DNA of 62,472 nucleotides from a virus (Duplodnaviria; Caudoviricetes): IMG/VR virus record IMGVR_UViG_3300043466_001090, positions 1 through 62,472 of that record. The stretch is one strand, 5' to 3'. This document shows positions 1 through 12,200 of this stretch, piece after piece. The notes under the pieces were generated by a model. It was not told the DNA's origin and searched no databases. It saw nothing but the letters and a program-made list of their open reading frames with translations. The translations under genes and the position numbers were made by a program. How positions within the stretch are numbered: position 1 is the first letter of the stretch; each line of letters opens with the position of its first letter.

Positions 1-2
1 CT

Positions 3-1154
3 ATGAATTTTGTAGAGCAGGCTGGTATGAGAAGTGACATGGCTTCTTTTCTTCAACCTATTAGAAGTAATGTTACAGGTGAGATGTTATCACACAGCAC
101 CGTATATAATCCTTTAGGACTATCTCGTGCTGAACTAAGAAAGATGCAGAAGAATGATTACATCAACCAAATGAATTCATTATACTCTCCTAAGTTTTAT
201 GATAAGTATTTAGCAGAGGTTGTAAACTTTTACAATGATCCAAAAGGAGGATCTTCAGACTTTGTAGCAACTGCTGAGAATAAGTTTAAACAGAATAAAG
301 GTGGTGAAAAACAAACAATTGAACAATCTTTTTCTTTTGACTTTAATGAACCAAAACTTGAAATGTATGATGAAGAAACTGGTGAATACTTTTATAAAGT
401 AAAACCAGAGATAAAAGAGTTTAGTAGAATAAATAAACTACTAAATGGACCTGATGCTGGTAGAATGATAATTAATATGGGTGGTGTTTCTGAATCTCCT
501 GAAGAAAATAATTTAGAAAAACAAGCAATACTTGGTTTAATGAGTTCTGCTTTACAAGATGCTGTAGATAAGAACACAAGAAAAAAACCATATGGTGATA
601 TTACTTTTCAAGGAATAGTGGCAGGGGGTGAGTTAGACTATCATGCTTATCATATTAAGTTTAAAGAAAACTACTTAAATCAAAATAAGTTTAAAGGAAC
701 AGAAAAAGAACCTAAGCTTACTAAGAAATATCCAAAACTACTTTCAGAAGGATTTACAATTTACATACCTTCAGAGATTAGTTCTAAGAAGACTAGTACA
801 GGTAAGACATATAGAAAAGCTAGTACGCTTTCTACAGTGGAAATGTTACTTAATACAACAAACAATATTGATATTAACATTCCAAAGGGTGGTAATTTAC
901 ATCTAAGAAAGGATGATGAGACAGGACAAATAACTGCATCTGGATATGTAGTTGATTATAATCCAGACTTAGCAAGATATGATACTACTAGACTTCAATC
1001 AGAAACATTTCCTTTTGATGCTGCCACTGATATAGATGCTATAGTTATTGATGATTATTTAAAAGGTTTATTTAAAGATAAGTATTACTTTAATATTGAT
1101 ACTGAAAATAAAGTGAGAGAGCTTAGAGGAGTAAAAGATCCTAGTAAACTATAA
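3..1154 (+). CDS. Putative virion cargo protein, probably 5'-truncated by the window edge
   Basis: 383-aa ORF at the window edge, co-oriented and closely spaced with the giant virion genes; no recognisable motif. Confidence 0.6.
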   Translation: MNFVEQAGMRSDMASFLQPIRSNVTGEMLSHSTVYNPLGLSRAELRKMQKNDYINQMNSLYSPKFYDKYLAEVVNFYNDPKGGSSDFVATAENKFKQNKGGEKQTIEQSFSFDFNEPKLEMYDEETGEYFYKVKPEIKEFSRINKLLNGPDAGRMIINMGGVSESPEENNLEKQAILGLMSSALQDAVDKNTRKKPYGDITFQGIVAGGELDYHAYHIKFKENYLNQNKFKGTEKEPKLTKKYPKLLSEGFTIYIPSEISSKKTSTGKTYRKASTLSTVEMLLNTTNNIDINIPKGGNLHLRKDDETGQITASGYVVDYNPDLARYDTTRLQSETFPFDAATDIDAIVIDDYLKGLFKDKYYFNIDTENKVRELRGVKDPSKL

Positions 1155-1167
1155 GAAATATTTCAAC

Positions 1168-4100
1168 ATGGCTATAGAAAATACACTAGCGGAAGCTAAT
1201 GAGCAACTTCTAAATACATCAGAACAAGAACAAACTTTACTTAATCAAGATTCTTCTAAACTTGATTTTTCTACTTCTACAGAACCTACAGGTGATTTTT
1301 CTGGATTTAATTTAGAACAGATTCAAGAACCAAATGAACCTGCTGGTGATGGTTCATTTGTAACAACTGATCAAACTACAAAACCAGTAACTTTAGAAGA
1401 CTTAAGTAATCAATATAAGAAACAACGTGACATATCTAAGAACTGGTCTAGAAATGCAGTTAAGGTGGCAGCAACTAGAAGAGATCCTAGACTTGCTTTT
1501 GGTGACTATGAGTTTGATCAATATACAACTAACGTAGATAGATATAGAGGATACGGTAAAGAAACTTTTAATCGTCTTGGATTTAATCCATTAGATGATA
1601 ATGAAAAGTATTATAATGAAAATACCTCCAACTGGCAGGATTTTAAAAGAATGACTGGTCAGTTTGGTACATTATTTGGTTCAGCATTTTCTAGTAACTA
1701 TAGATCAATTGGTAATTTTTTATCAAATGATCAAGATGTTCTTTCTCCTGATCTAGATGGAGCAGCTACTTTTGAAAAAGCCATGAAAATTGGTATGAGT
1801 AGTAAAAAAGGAGTGAGAGCTTGGGGAACAAACTTTGCACTTAATCAAGCATATACAGCTGGTATAATGGCAAACATAGCCTTTGAAGAAGGTCTTATAT
1901 GGGCAGGGGGACTTGCCCTTTCTCCGTTTACAGGAGGGGCATCTGTAGCTGCTGCTACTGAACTAGGTGGAGCTAGTTTAACAAGAGGAGCACTAGCTTT
2001 GAAAAGAGCTAGAGAATTGAAACAAGCTGTTTCTTCTGCATATGGTGGTGCTCAAATAGGAGGCATGGTTAAGGGGGGTTTTCAGATGATCAAGTCTTTA
2101 AAAGATATAAATAATGCTAGGGCATTTTGGACAGGTGCTAGAACAGGAGCTAAAACATTTGCTAAGGGAACAGCTGGTTTTTTAAATCCTTTAAGACAAA
2201 CAACAGAGGCAATACAAGGAATGAGAGCAGGATTTTCTGTAGAGACAGGTTATAGAAATCTTTCAAACTTTGCTAAAATGTCTAGAGGGTTTGGAGGTTT
2301 TTATAGAGACACTAGAGAAAATATATTTGCCCTTAGTGAATCTCAATTAGAAGGTGGTAACACTTATAACGATGTATTAAATGAAAAAATAGATAAGTAT
2401 AAAAAGGAGAATGGTGGTAAATATCCAGAAGGAGCTGATCTTAATCAGATTTATACAGATGCTGAGGCAGCTAGTAGATTAACAACCAGCATAAACATAC
2501 CTCTTATATATTTATCAAACCGTTTTGTATTTGATGGGTTGTTTAATTTTAGAGGAGTTAAACCACTTATAGAGGCAGCAGAAGATGCTTCAACAAAAGG
2601 TTTGGCAAAAGGACTTAAGTTTGATTTAGCTTCTAAGTCTTTTACAGAAAATGCACAAGGCTTTTTTAAAGAAGCTTTTCAAAATGTAAAAAGACCTAAA
2701 GCTTTAGTTGGATCTTTTCTAAAATATACACAAGCTAATCTTGCAGAAGGTTTGCAAGAGATAGGTCAGGAAGTTACAGGAGGAGCTGTTAAGAATTACT
2801 ACATGGGTAATTATAAAGATGCTTCTCTTGGTGGTAAAGACTATTTAACAAGTGCTATACAATCATCTTTAAATGAAAATGTTTTTTCTGCACAAGGTTT
2901 AGATATATTTCTTTCTGGTTTTCTATCTGGTGGTGCCACTCAAGGTGGTATAAAACTTTTAAAGAATACTGTTACAGGTAGTAGAAATTTGTTTCTTGAA
3001 TCTAAAATAGCTCCTAATAAGTGGAGAGAACAATACAAAACTTATAAAGAACAAAAGAAACAAGCTAAAGATGTAGTTAGAAATGCAATGAATGAAATTG
3101 TTTCTGACCCTGAGAAATTCTTTAGTAGAAAAAATGAAAGTTTAGTAACTCAGAAGAAGGCTAATCAAGATATGATTGATGCCGATCTATCTAATGATAG
3201 TAAACTGTTTTATGATGCTAAGGATGAAAAAACTTTAGATCATATATTTACAGTGATTGAAGCAGGTGGTATACCTCAACTTAAAGCAGCTTTTACAGAT
3301 TTAAGAAGTTTATCGGATAACGAACTTAAAGAAGCATATAATATAGATAATGGTGCAAAGGCTAGAGAAAAGCTGGATGAGTATGTAACAAGGATGGACC
3401 AAATACAAAAGTCTTATAACTTTTTTAATAGTAAGTTTTCAAATCCTTTTAATCCATCTAAACTTAGAACAAAACCTTCTAAAGATTTAGTAATAGCAGA
3501 TAACTACTTATCTGGAAAAATAACATCAGAGGAGTTCTTGTCTAAAACTAAATCAATGCTTCCAGAAGGGGCTGATGCTGAAACATTTGCAACAGAAGAA
3601 GCTAATAAAATAATTGATAGCAAAAGTGGACATGAAGCTTATATAAAAGAGTTTATAGCTTATAAAGCTTTTGAAGATGCTAAGAAAGCAGCCATAGGTG
3701 CTACATTTGGATATGAAAGAGCTGTAGAAAGAATGGTGGGTTTGTTTGAAAATTTAATTTCAGAAGCTCCTCTTTCTAAAGCTAACGCTTTGGACTTTAC
3801 TGTTTTACAATCAGAGAAGTCTATGAGAGATGAGGTGAAAATGCTAAGTGAAGAAATTAACACCTTAGAAGAAGGAGGATCTAAAGAACAAAAAGCATTA
3901 GCCAAGTCTAAAAAAGAAAAACTTAATGCTTTACAAAACTATATAAAAGCTCTTTCTGAGTATAAGAAAAATAAGACCAATCCTAGTGTAGATGAGAACG
4001 GTCAGATAACTATTTCTTTTAACGAGGAGAATGCAAAAGGTTTAAAGGATGCGTATAATGCCTATCTAAAAGCTATTGCTAAAGTTAATGATGACTATGT

Positions 4101-6240
4101 TTTTGATTCTAAGATAGATGACTCTTTTGATAAGCTTTTAGATTATTATGAACTAGATGCTGATTCTAGAAGATTTAATAATGTTGTCAATACACTGTCT
4201 AATCCAGAAGGTCTTTTAAGATATGCAGATCTTGTAAACTCTACACTAACTGATTTATATCTTGAGAGGTTTGATATAATGGAAAAACGTGTAGATGACT
4301 ATATGAGCATATTTGAGTTTCAAATGCTCATAAATGTACTTGGGGAAATGAATGTTAAAATAAATCCTGCTGACGTAGAGGATTTGTTAAAGAGAGGAAT
4401 TATTCCTAATACATTCTTTGATCTTAAGAATAACAGGTTAATAACAGAATCTGATAGAAGATATCCTCAGATAGTACAGATGATTAACAACTTTGCCTCT
4501 TTACAAGAAGGAAAAGAAGCTGATGAAATAGAAGAGGAAGAATCTATAGAACAACCTACAGAAGAAGAAACAACAGCTCCTGCAGCACCATTTGAAATGG
4601 TTGAGAGAATTGAGGAAAAACCTGAAGAAAAAGTAGAACTTCCTGTTGATTTACAATTAAAGTTAAAGGCTGCATATAACGAATATATCAGATTTAATCC
4701 AGATGCTACGATGACGTTTAAAGAATATGTAGATACATCTTCTAAAGCTCAACGTATTAAAGAGGAATATGAAAAGCAACAAGTTAAACCTGCTGCTGAA
4801 ACAGTTGCAGAAGTAAAGCTTCCTGAAATAGAAGTGATAGAAGAACCAGTTGCAGAACCTGAAGTAACTCCTACAGAAGAAGCTCCTGTTTCTACAGATG
4901 CTAAAGCTGAGATACAACAAAAGATCATAGCACTTGTAAACGCAAGAAAGAGTGATTCTGTTGTTGCAAAAGCAATTAGAGACTTTAATCAAGATAAGAT
5001 TACCATTGAGGAGTTAGATGCTATTCAAAAGAAGTGGGATGATGAAAATGGATTAACTGATTTACAAAATCAACTTAGTGCTTTAGAAGGTAAACCAGAA
5101 ATACCTACAGCTCCAGTTGCAAGCGTAGAAACTGAAAAGAAAAAACTTGAAGCTGAGAGAGATAGGAAGATTGAAGAAGAAGCTCCTTTACAAAACTTTG
5201 GCGTAATTACATTAGGGTTTGTTAATGCAACTCCTAAAGAACGCAGATCTGTAAAACAATCTACAGAAGATGATGGTGCAAGTTATTTAAAAAATTTAGA
5301 AACATTAGCATTACGTACAGCACAAGCTAAAGAGGAAGATGTATTTCCAAAGGGAAAAGAAAATAACCCAGGAGCTTACATACGTAACTTTATGACAGGC
5401 AATACTTTTGATGATGTTAGAGTTGTATTTGCTGAAAATGAAAAAGCTATTTCATCAACTGATCCTGCCCTCGTAGGTAGACAATTTTATTTACAGTCTT
5501 ATAGATGGGCTCAGATGAAACTTGCAGGTCAAACTACAAGATCATTAGGTGAGTTCCTACTTGATACTCAGAAAGAAATTAGAGATGAATACCAAGCTAA
5601 GATAAATGCTTTAGAAGGTGGGACTAAACCTACGCAAGTAGAGCCTGTACAAGTTCAAAAAGAAGATGTTAGCAAAATTCTAGATGGCATAACATCTTTA
5701 AGAGATATGCCAAATATCTCTTTAAATGATAAGTCTGCAGTTAGTAATAAACTTTTAGACATGATTACTAACAAAGAAACTGATTCTATTACATTGACCA
5801 ACATGCTAAAAGAAAAGATGGAACAGTTGAGAAAAAATTTAACTGTTTCTGATTTTGTTAAAGGGGATTTTGTTACTTTTACTAATGGTAGAAAAGGGTG
5901 GATTACAAGTATTACCAAGACAGGAGATGTGCAGATGAAAATGGTAGGATCAGAAAAAGGACAGTACGAAATAATGGATGTAAAAGATATTTCTAAAAAT
6001 GTAAGCATGATTGAAAAAAGTAAAAAAGTATCTACACAACCAGTAGAAGAATTAACTATTGACCCTGCTGATCTTGAAGAAATTGAAGGTTCTAAAAAAG
6101 ATACCAGAGAAAGCTACTCTAGTGATATAAATAAGATTAAAGAATCTACAAACAGTGCTAAAGAAAGTAGTAAGGATGGTGTAAACAATAACTTAAATAA
6201 TCTATTAAATAACTTAGGCTGTAAAACAAAAGGACAATAA
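1168..6240 (+). CDS. Giant virion ejection/cargo protein (1690 aa) with a Gly/Ala-rich membrane-inserting region
   Basis: Hydrophobic G/A-rich stretches (GLIWAGGLALSPFTGGASVAAA; FLSGFLSGGATQGG), EGLQEIGQ motif, long helical and acidic Pro-rich linkers; immediately upstream of the vRNAP as in crAss-like phages. Confidence 0.7.
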   Translation: MAIENTLAEANEQLLNTSEQEQTLLNQDSSKLDFSTSTEPTGDFSGFNLEQIQEPNEPAGDGSFVTTDQTTKPVTLEDLSNQYKKQRDISKNWSRNAVKVAATRRDPRLAFGDYEFDQYTTNVDRYRGYGKETFNRLGFNPLDDNEKYYNENTSNWQDFKRMTGQFGTLFGSAFSSNYRSIGNFLSNDQDVLSPDLDGAATFEKAMKIGMSSKKGVRAWGTNFALNQAYTAGIMANIAFEEGLIWAGGLALSPFTGGASVAAATELGGASLTRGALALKRARELKQAVSSAYGGAQIGGMVKGGFQMIKSLKDINNARAFWTGARTGAKTFAKGTAGFLNPLRQTTEAIQGMRAGFSVETGYRNLSNFAKMSRGFGGFYRDTRENIFALSESQLEGGNTYNDVLNEKIDKYKKENGGKYPEGADLNQIYTDAEAASRLTTSINIPLIYLSNRFVFDGLFNFRGVKPLIEAAEDASTKGLAKGLKFDLASKSFTENAQGFFKEAFQNVKRPKALVGSFLKYTQANLAEGLQEIGQEVTGGAVKNYYMGNYKDASLGGKDYLTSAIQSSLNENVFSAQGLDIFLSGFLSGGATQGGIKLLKNTVTGSRNLFLESKIAPNKWREQYKTYKEQKKQAKDVVRNAMNEIVSDPEKFFSRKNESLVTQKKANQDMIDADLSNDSKLFYDAKDEKTLDHIFTVIEAGGIPQLKAAFTDLRSLSDNELKEAYNIDNGAKAREKLDEYVTRMDQIQKSYNFFNSKFSNPFNPSKLRTKPSKDLVIADNYLSGKITSEEFLSKTKSMLPEGADAETFATEEANKIIDSKSGHEAYIKEFIAYKAFEDAKKAAIGATFGYERAVERMVGLFENLISEAPLSKANALDFTVLQSEKSMRDEVKMLSEEINTLEEGGSKEQKALAKSKKEKLNALQNYIKALSEYKKNKTNPSVDENGQITISFNEENAKGLKDAYNAYLKAIAKVNDDYVFDSKIDDSFDKLLDYYELDADSRRFNNVVNTLSNPEGLLRYADLVNSTLTDLYLERFDIMEKRVDDYMSIFEFQMLINVLGEMNVKINPADVEDLLKRGIIPNTFFDLKNNRLITESDRRYPQIVQMINNFASLQEGKEADEIEEEESIEQPTEEETTAPAAPFEMVERIEEKPEEKVELPVDLQLKLKAAYNEYIRFNPDATMTFKEYVDTSSKAQRIKEEYEKQQVKPAAETVAEVKLPEIEVIEEPVAEPEVTPTEEAPVSTDAKAEIQQKIIALVNARKSDSVVAKAIRDFNQDKITIEELDAIQKKWDDENGLTDLQNQLSALEGKPEIPTAPVASVETEKKKLEAERDRKIEEEAPLQNFGVITLGFVNATPKERRSVKQSTEDDGASYLKNLETLALRTAQAKEEDVFPKGKENNPGAYIRNFMTGNTFDDVRVVFAENEKAISSTDPALVGRQFYLQSYRWAQMKLAGQTTRSLGEFLLDTQKEIRDEYQAKINALEGGTKPTQVEPVQVQKEDVSKILDGITSLRDMPNISLNDKSAVSNKLLDMITNKETDSITLTNMLKEKMEQLRKNLTVSDFVKGDFVTFTNGRKGWITSITKTGDVQMKMVGSEKGQYEIMDVKDISKNVSMIEKSKKVSTQPVEELTIDPADLEEIEGSKKDTRESYSSDINKIKESTNSAKESSKDGVNNNLNNLLNNLGCKTKGQ

Positions 6241-6242
6241 AC

Positions 6243-9200
6243 ATGGCTTGTAAACTATCAGATGATCAATTAGATGCGTTATATAAAGCAACTGTAGGAG
6301 AAATAGTAGCTAGTAAAGTGAACGGACAAACATTTAGTCCTGATGCTTTTATGAAAAAAATACACAGTGCTATATTTGAAGCTACAAATGATATGGCAAA
6401 TGCTTTAGACTATGTACAGCATATTCCTTGGGCTATTAACCTGGCTCAAGGTATTGATATGGAAATAGCTGATTATCTAATAGATAGCGGAGTGAGTATG
6501 GATGCTGTAAATAAACTTCGTAGAGATTTTGATAATGTAGATAACATAGTTAAATACTTAGGTCTTAATAAGAACGATGAGTTAGAAACAGCTAAAGAAA
6601 TAATAGAAGAGTCTTTTCCAGAAACACAAGTGATTGAAACTGATGAGTATACAGAAGTAGAAAAAAAGGATAAAGATCTTAAAGAACAAGAAATTAAAAA
6701 CAATTTTGTTCAAACTAAAGATGGTGCTTTTGTAGCAAAACCAGATAGTGCACTTGCTACAATAAGTCAAGAAGCTAAAACCTATGGAGGCTTTGTACAA
6801 AAAGATAATGTAATAGATGATGATCCTCAGAAGAAAGCTTACTATAACCTGGTAAGATTAATTAATGATGAGTTGGTAGGTTTACCAAATGCTAATAATT
6901 TAAAGATAGGAAACATAACAGGCATCTTCTTTAAAGCAATACCTACAAAGAATATTGACTCTGAAGATTTTTATCAAGAGCATAGAGAGTTTTTTTCTAA
7001 ACCAGATAATCCTGGTATTAAAGAAGATGATGTTTCTTTGGTGTTTTCTGACAAGGAAGGAAACATATTATACTTTAATGAAAATGCAGAAATAGTTTCT
7101 AAAGAAGAAGGTAAACCACTCTATACATTTATGCGTAGGGTGTACACTAAATCTGGGAACAAGGTTGTATATAATGTTCAGGATGTAGAAAGTTTAAGTT
7201 TGAAACCTGGGGCAGAAGCTGTTGAAGTTTTAAGAGAGGCTCGTAACAGTGAGATAGAAACTTTAGAAAAGCTTAGAGACTATGTTTCAAAGAATCCTAA
7301 TCAAAATGTTTTACTTTCTGTTACAGCAGGTAAAAATGGATATGTCACTGAAGACTTCTCTAATAAAGTGAGAATATCTTCTATAGACTTAGGTGGTTCT
7401 TTCTCACCATACTATTCTTCTATAAATCAAAGTGGTCAGGTAAAAGGAGGCGTTTACTTTAATGTTTCTGATTATCCTCTTCCCGTACTTATACATAGAC
7501 CAAAGTTTTCTGAGATTCCAAATCTTGTTGAAAGTTTGACTAACGTTTTATTTGATTCTTCTTTAAACAATGCTCAAAAGATAAAACTTGTAAAACAGTT
7601 TACTCAGAGTAAAGACACTGCTGTTTTTGAAGAAGAGGGTGTTGTAAAGGTGAGACAAGGTGAAAGTATTTTAGATACAAGTGTAAAAACAAACAAGGAT
7701 GCATTTGTACAAAACTTAAACAACCAAACAGTAAACATTAACAAAGATCTTCTTGGAGGATACTTTACGATGCCTGTAATGGTAGATAATAAACTGGAGC
7801 TTCAAGAAAGTAAAAACTATAATAACTTTTTAGCAGATAACTTCTATACATTCTTGCAAAAGAATGCTGAGAATAAAATAGTTAAACTAAATGCTTATAA
7901 TACTTTTCAGCTCACTACAGAAAGTGCTGAAAAGATATTTGATGTAAAAGTTAAAGAGCCATCATCTAAACAAGAGTCTACACTGGAGCAGGATACACCG
8001 TCTGATCAGAGCGTGGAAGATTTTAAAAAAGCTATCGGTAAAATAGATACTTCCCTAAAGAAAGTTAAACAATTAAGCAGTGAGGCTACAGAAAAACAAA
8101 TAGCTGATGCTGAGAAGTGGTACAACAACTCTCCTCTTTCTAAACATGTTCCATTTAGTGTTATGCTTAATGCTGTAAACTCAGATGCTATAGCTGAGTT
8201 TACCACTTCAGGTATATTCTTATATAAAGGATCAAACTTTACAGATCTTTACCATGAAGGTTGGCACGTATTTAGCCAAATGTTTTTAACAAAACCACAG
8301 AAGAAAAAACTGTATGGTGAAGTTAGAAAACTATCTGGCACGTTTACAGATGTAAACGGAAAAACTTTAAGATTTGCTACAGCCACTGATAAACAAATTG
8401 AAGAGTTTTTAGCAGAAGACTTTAGAAAGTATGTTCTATCTAAGGGAACTAAGATATTTGAAAACAGACCTGTAGCTAATAACATATTCCAAAAGATATG
8501 GAACTTCTTAAAAGCATTGTATAAAGGTCAATCTATAAAAAGAATTCTTTCAGATACTTCTACTACCGGAATGGTGAAAGATCTTTATGACAAACTCTAT
8601 ATTGGAAACATTAATGAGTATAAGCCTTCTCTTTCTAATGTACAGTTTACTGTTTTAAATAAAGGTATTCAGGACTTAGACGCTAAGTCTGATGAAAACA
8701 AAGGTATGAACTACCAAGACTCAATGGTTATTAGTCAAACTATTGATTCTTTAATGGCTTCTAATCTATCTGAACAAGGTCTTAGTGTAAATACAGTGTT
8801 TACCAACCCTGAACTTCTAGGTCCTTTGTATGCTAAGATTAAGTATGACTTATCAAAACTGAAGGACAACTTTGATCCAGAAGACTTTAGAGTTAAAATG
8901 ATTGATAAGGCTTTAGAAAACTGGGGAGATTTTTCTAAGGTTATACAAGGAGAAGAACAGAATGGTGTAATTGCATTTCATAGAAAGAGATCTGACTTTT
9001 TAGGATTTGATGAAAAGTATTCTAATCTTGCATTAGATGAACAAGATGAGGAAGATGGAAACGTTAGTGAAACAGATATTACAGATGAGGGTAGTAAGTT
9101 AGAAAAGAGAGATGCTGAACTTCGTGAACAGTTTGGTTCTAAGGTTGGAGAAAAGAAAGGTAATGAAAATTCAATTCTTGAAATAGCTAGTAATCAAACG

Positions 9201-12200
9201 GTCTATTTGGTAAAAAGTTTGCCTGCCATGGACAAACAAGGAAACATAGACTATAATATACTGGGTGTACCTAAGCTGGTAGAGTTTAATAGAATGTGGG
9301 GTATTTTAATTAATACTGTAGCTGGTTCTATTAATAAGACAGACATGTATAATAAGATTGTTGCAAACTCTGCTGTTTTTCCAGAACTAAAAATGTTGGC
9401 AGAAAGATTGAAAGATCCTGTTAGCAAGTCTTCTGTTAAAACAGATGCTCCATATATTCAAATGTGGGGAGCTTTCTTTAGAGACTTTAGTGTTTACAAA
9501 GTACCTATTAAAGAACTTCAAGTAGTAAAACAAATAGTTAAGGAAAAAATTAATGGAAAAGAAGTTATTGTAAGTGAATCTTATAGTATAAGATTTGTAG
9601 AATCTGAACCACTGTTTCAACAAGTGAAGACTAACTTTACAAATCTTTTTCAGACATCAACATCTAGACAGTACATTACAAGAGATGCAAAAAATCTTGA
9701 AGGAGTAAATGTATTAAATCTTGAAAAACTATTTGAAGACTTTTCATCAGCTAAAGATCTTCAAAGAGGAGAAACTGCTCTTAAGTTTTTGAAAGCTATA
9801 GGTTTTTATATGACAGACAATAAGTTTGTTAAGGATAACTTATTCAAAAGCAATAACTTAAAAAAAGTTGGTTTCATTTATGATAGATTAAAGAGAGCAT
9901 ATAAAGCTAACATTGTTATACAAAACCCAATTGCTTTTTTAGAAAGTAATGAGATTAGTTCAGATGCTAGCTTTAACGGTAGAAATAATGGAAATGATGT
10001 AAAGGCTATCCTTGATATAGAAGGTAAATATTCTACCAACTACAGCAACAACTCTATAATGAATGTTAGTGGTGATAGAGAATATGATCTGTCACTTAAC
10101 AATAGTCTCACTCAGTTTTTAAAAGAAATAAACAACCCGCAAAAAGCTAAGTATCAAGATGTTGTTTCTCAACCACATATGGCTCACTTAGATTTTAGAA
10201 GAAATCCAAATGCTAAATATTCTTCTTGGATTAGTAGCATGTTTGATATTCCTAAACTCTATGGTGACTTCTCTACAATGAATCAGGGATTTAGAAAAAC
10301 AGAAAATGGAGTTGCCTCTGTTTTAAATGTTATAAATCTAAATGGTATTAAGAGCGTTATAGATGAAGTTGGTAAAACTCAATATAGTGATGGTGGTATA
10401 AAGACGGCTAACTTAGATGGAAATAGTAAGTTCTTACTGGACTTGCATACAATGCTTGAGTCTGGAGTTATGGAACTTGCTCGTAGAGCATCTAAGTCTT
10501 CTTCTTATGGTGTTTCTGTTTCTAATCTAAGAACTCCTTATAATGAGAATGATAGAACATCTTATATAAGTGTTGGTTATTTTGCAGATGATAATATATC
10601 TACAGACTATGCTATTAAGATGCTTAAGGAGAAACTGGCAGCTGAGATGGAAAGAATAGCAATAGTAAAAGATGATATAAAAAATAAGGGCGAGCTTTCT
10701 AAAATTCCAGGGTTTGCAGAAAGAGCTGTTAAGTTTATGGCTTTTGATGACATGTTGGCTAGTGACAAAACTTTGAAAGAAGATTTGATTAAAGTTGCAA
10801 ACCAAGAAGATTCTTTTTCTATTGTAAATTCTGCAGAGTTTTCTGGTAGAATATCAAAAGCTTTGTCTAAATATCTACAGGCTCTTTACAACGAGAATAC
10901 AGAGATATATAAAGAAATGCCTTTTCTTTCTACAGCTGTCAGAAATAAAATAAGAAAAACAGTAAAGAATGATGGGTATTCTGTTTCAGATTCTAAAATT
11001 GAAGAAGTTGCTATTAAAGCATTTACTGTAAACTCTTTAATTCATAACTTAGAAGTTATTGCTGTATTGGATGGTGATCTTGCTAACTTTAATCATGAGA
11101 AGGAAGAATACAATAAACGTAATGCATATATAACATCTACAGGTAGAATTTTCTCATTTGATGCTTCCGATATTAAAGTGTTAAATAGTGAAGACTATTT
11201 CAACAGTACGTATGCTAAATCTATCACTGCTCCTAAAAGAGACTTTAATGGAGTGTTAAACACTGCTGTATTTAAAGACAATAATTTTAAGTCTCTTTAT
11301 TATAAAGAATATGTAAATGCTTTAGTAGATACAGGAAAATATACAGAAGAAGAAGCTGAAAAGATATTAGAGCCCTACATTAAAATGAATGAAGGAGATG
11401 GTCAAGGTTGGATTACCTTTGATGCATACAGAACTCTTTCCATACTTGAGGGGAATAAGTGGACTCCTAAACAAGGAGAGCTTTATACAAAAATAATTAA
11501 AGGAGAAGAGGTTAGTCCAGAAGATATTTATGAATTCTTTCCTCCTCTTAAGTTTCAATATGCTGGTCCACTTAAAACAGATAAGCTTGACGTAAGAGCG
11601 TTTCATAAGTTTTCTCTAGCTCCATTGATTCCTAGTATTATAAAAGGAACCAACATGGAAATTTTTCATGACAATCTTGTAAAGCAAGGTATTGATTATG
11701 CTTTATTTGAATCTGGTTCTAAAATGTCCACTCTAACAAATGATGGATCTGCTGATTCATTTTATGATGGTGATGACTACGATTCTAGAAAGATTAGTCC
11801 TTGGACAGATAATAAACAAATGTATAAGAAGAATCCTGTTTTTATACAATACCTTAAGAATCAGGTTGATATTGCTCCAACGTGGAAAGGAAAAACAATA
11901 TTTTCTACGCAGCTTAGAAAACTAATCATTAATGATATTTTCTTAAAAGGTTTACCAATCAATGATGACTTTAAGAAACTTGTTGCTGATTTTGAAAAGA
12001 ATCTAAATGACCTACAGTCTTTTAAGAAACAAGAGCTGCTTGAAGAAATTGGTTGGGTGATTGATGATAAAGGAAACCCTAAAGGAAATACTGCAGACTT
12101 AGTAAAGTTTGTAAAGAAAGAATTATCAAGACAAGGTTTACCTGATCATGTTGTTGAGTTTATTGACTTAGATGATTCAGGTAAGAAGTTAAGATATGAT

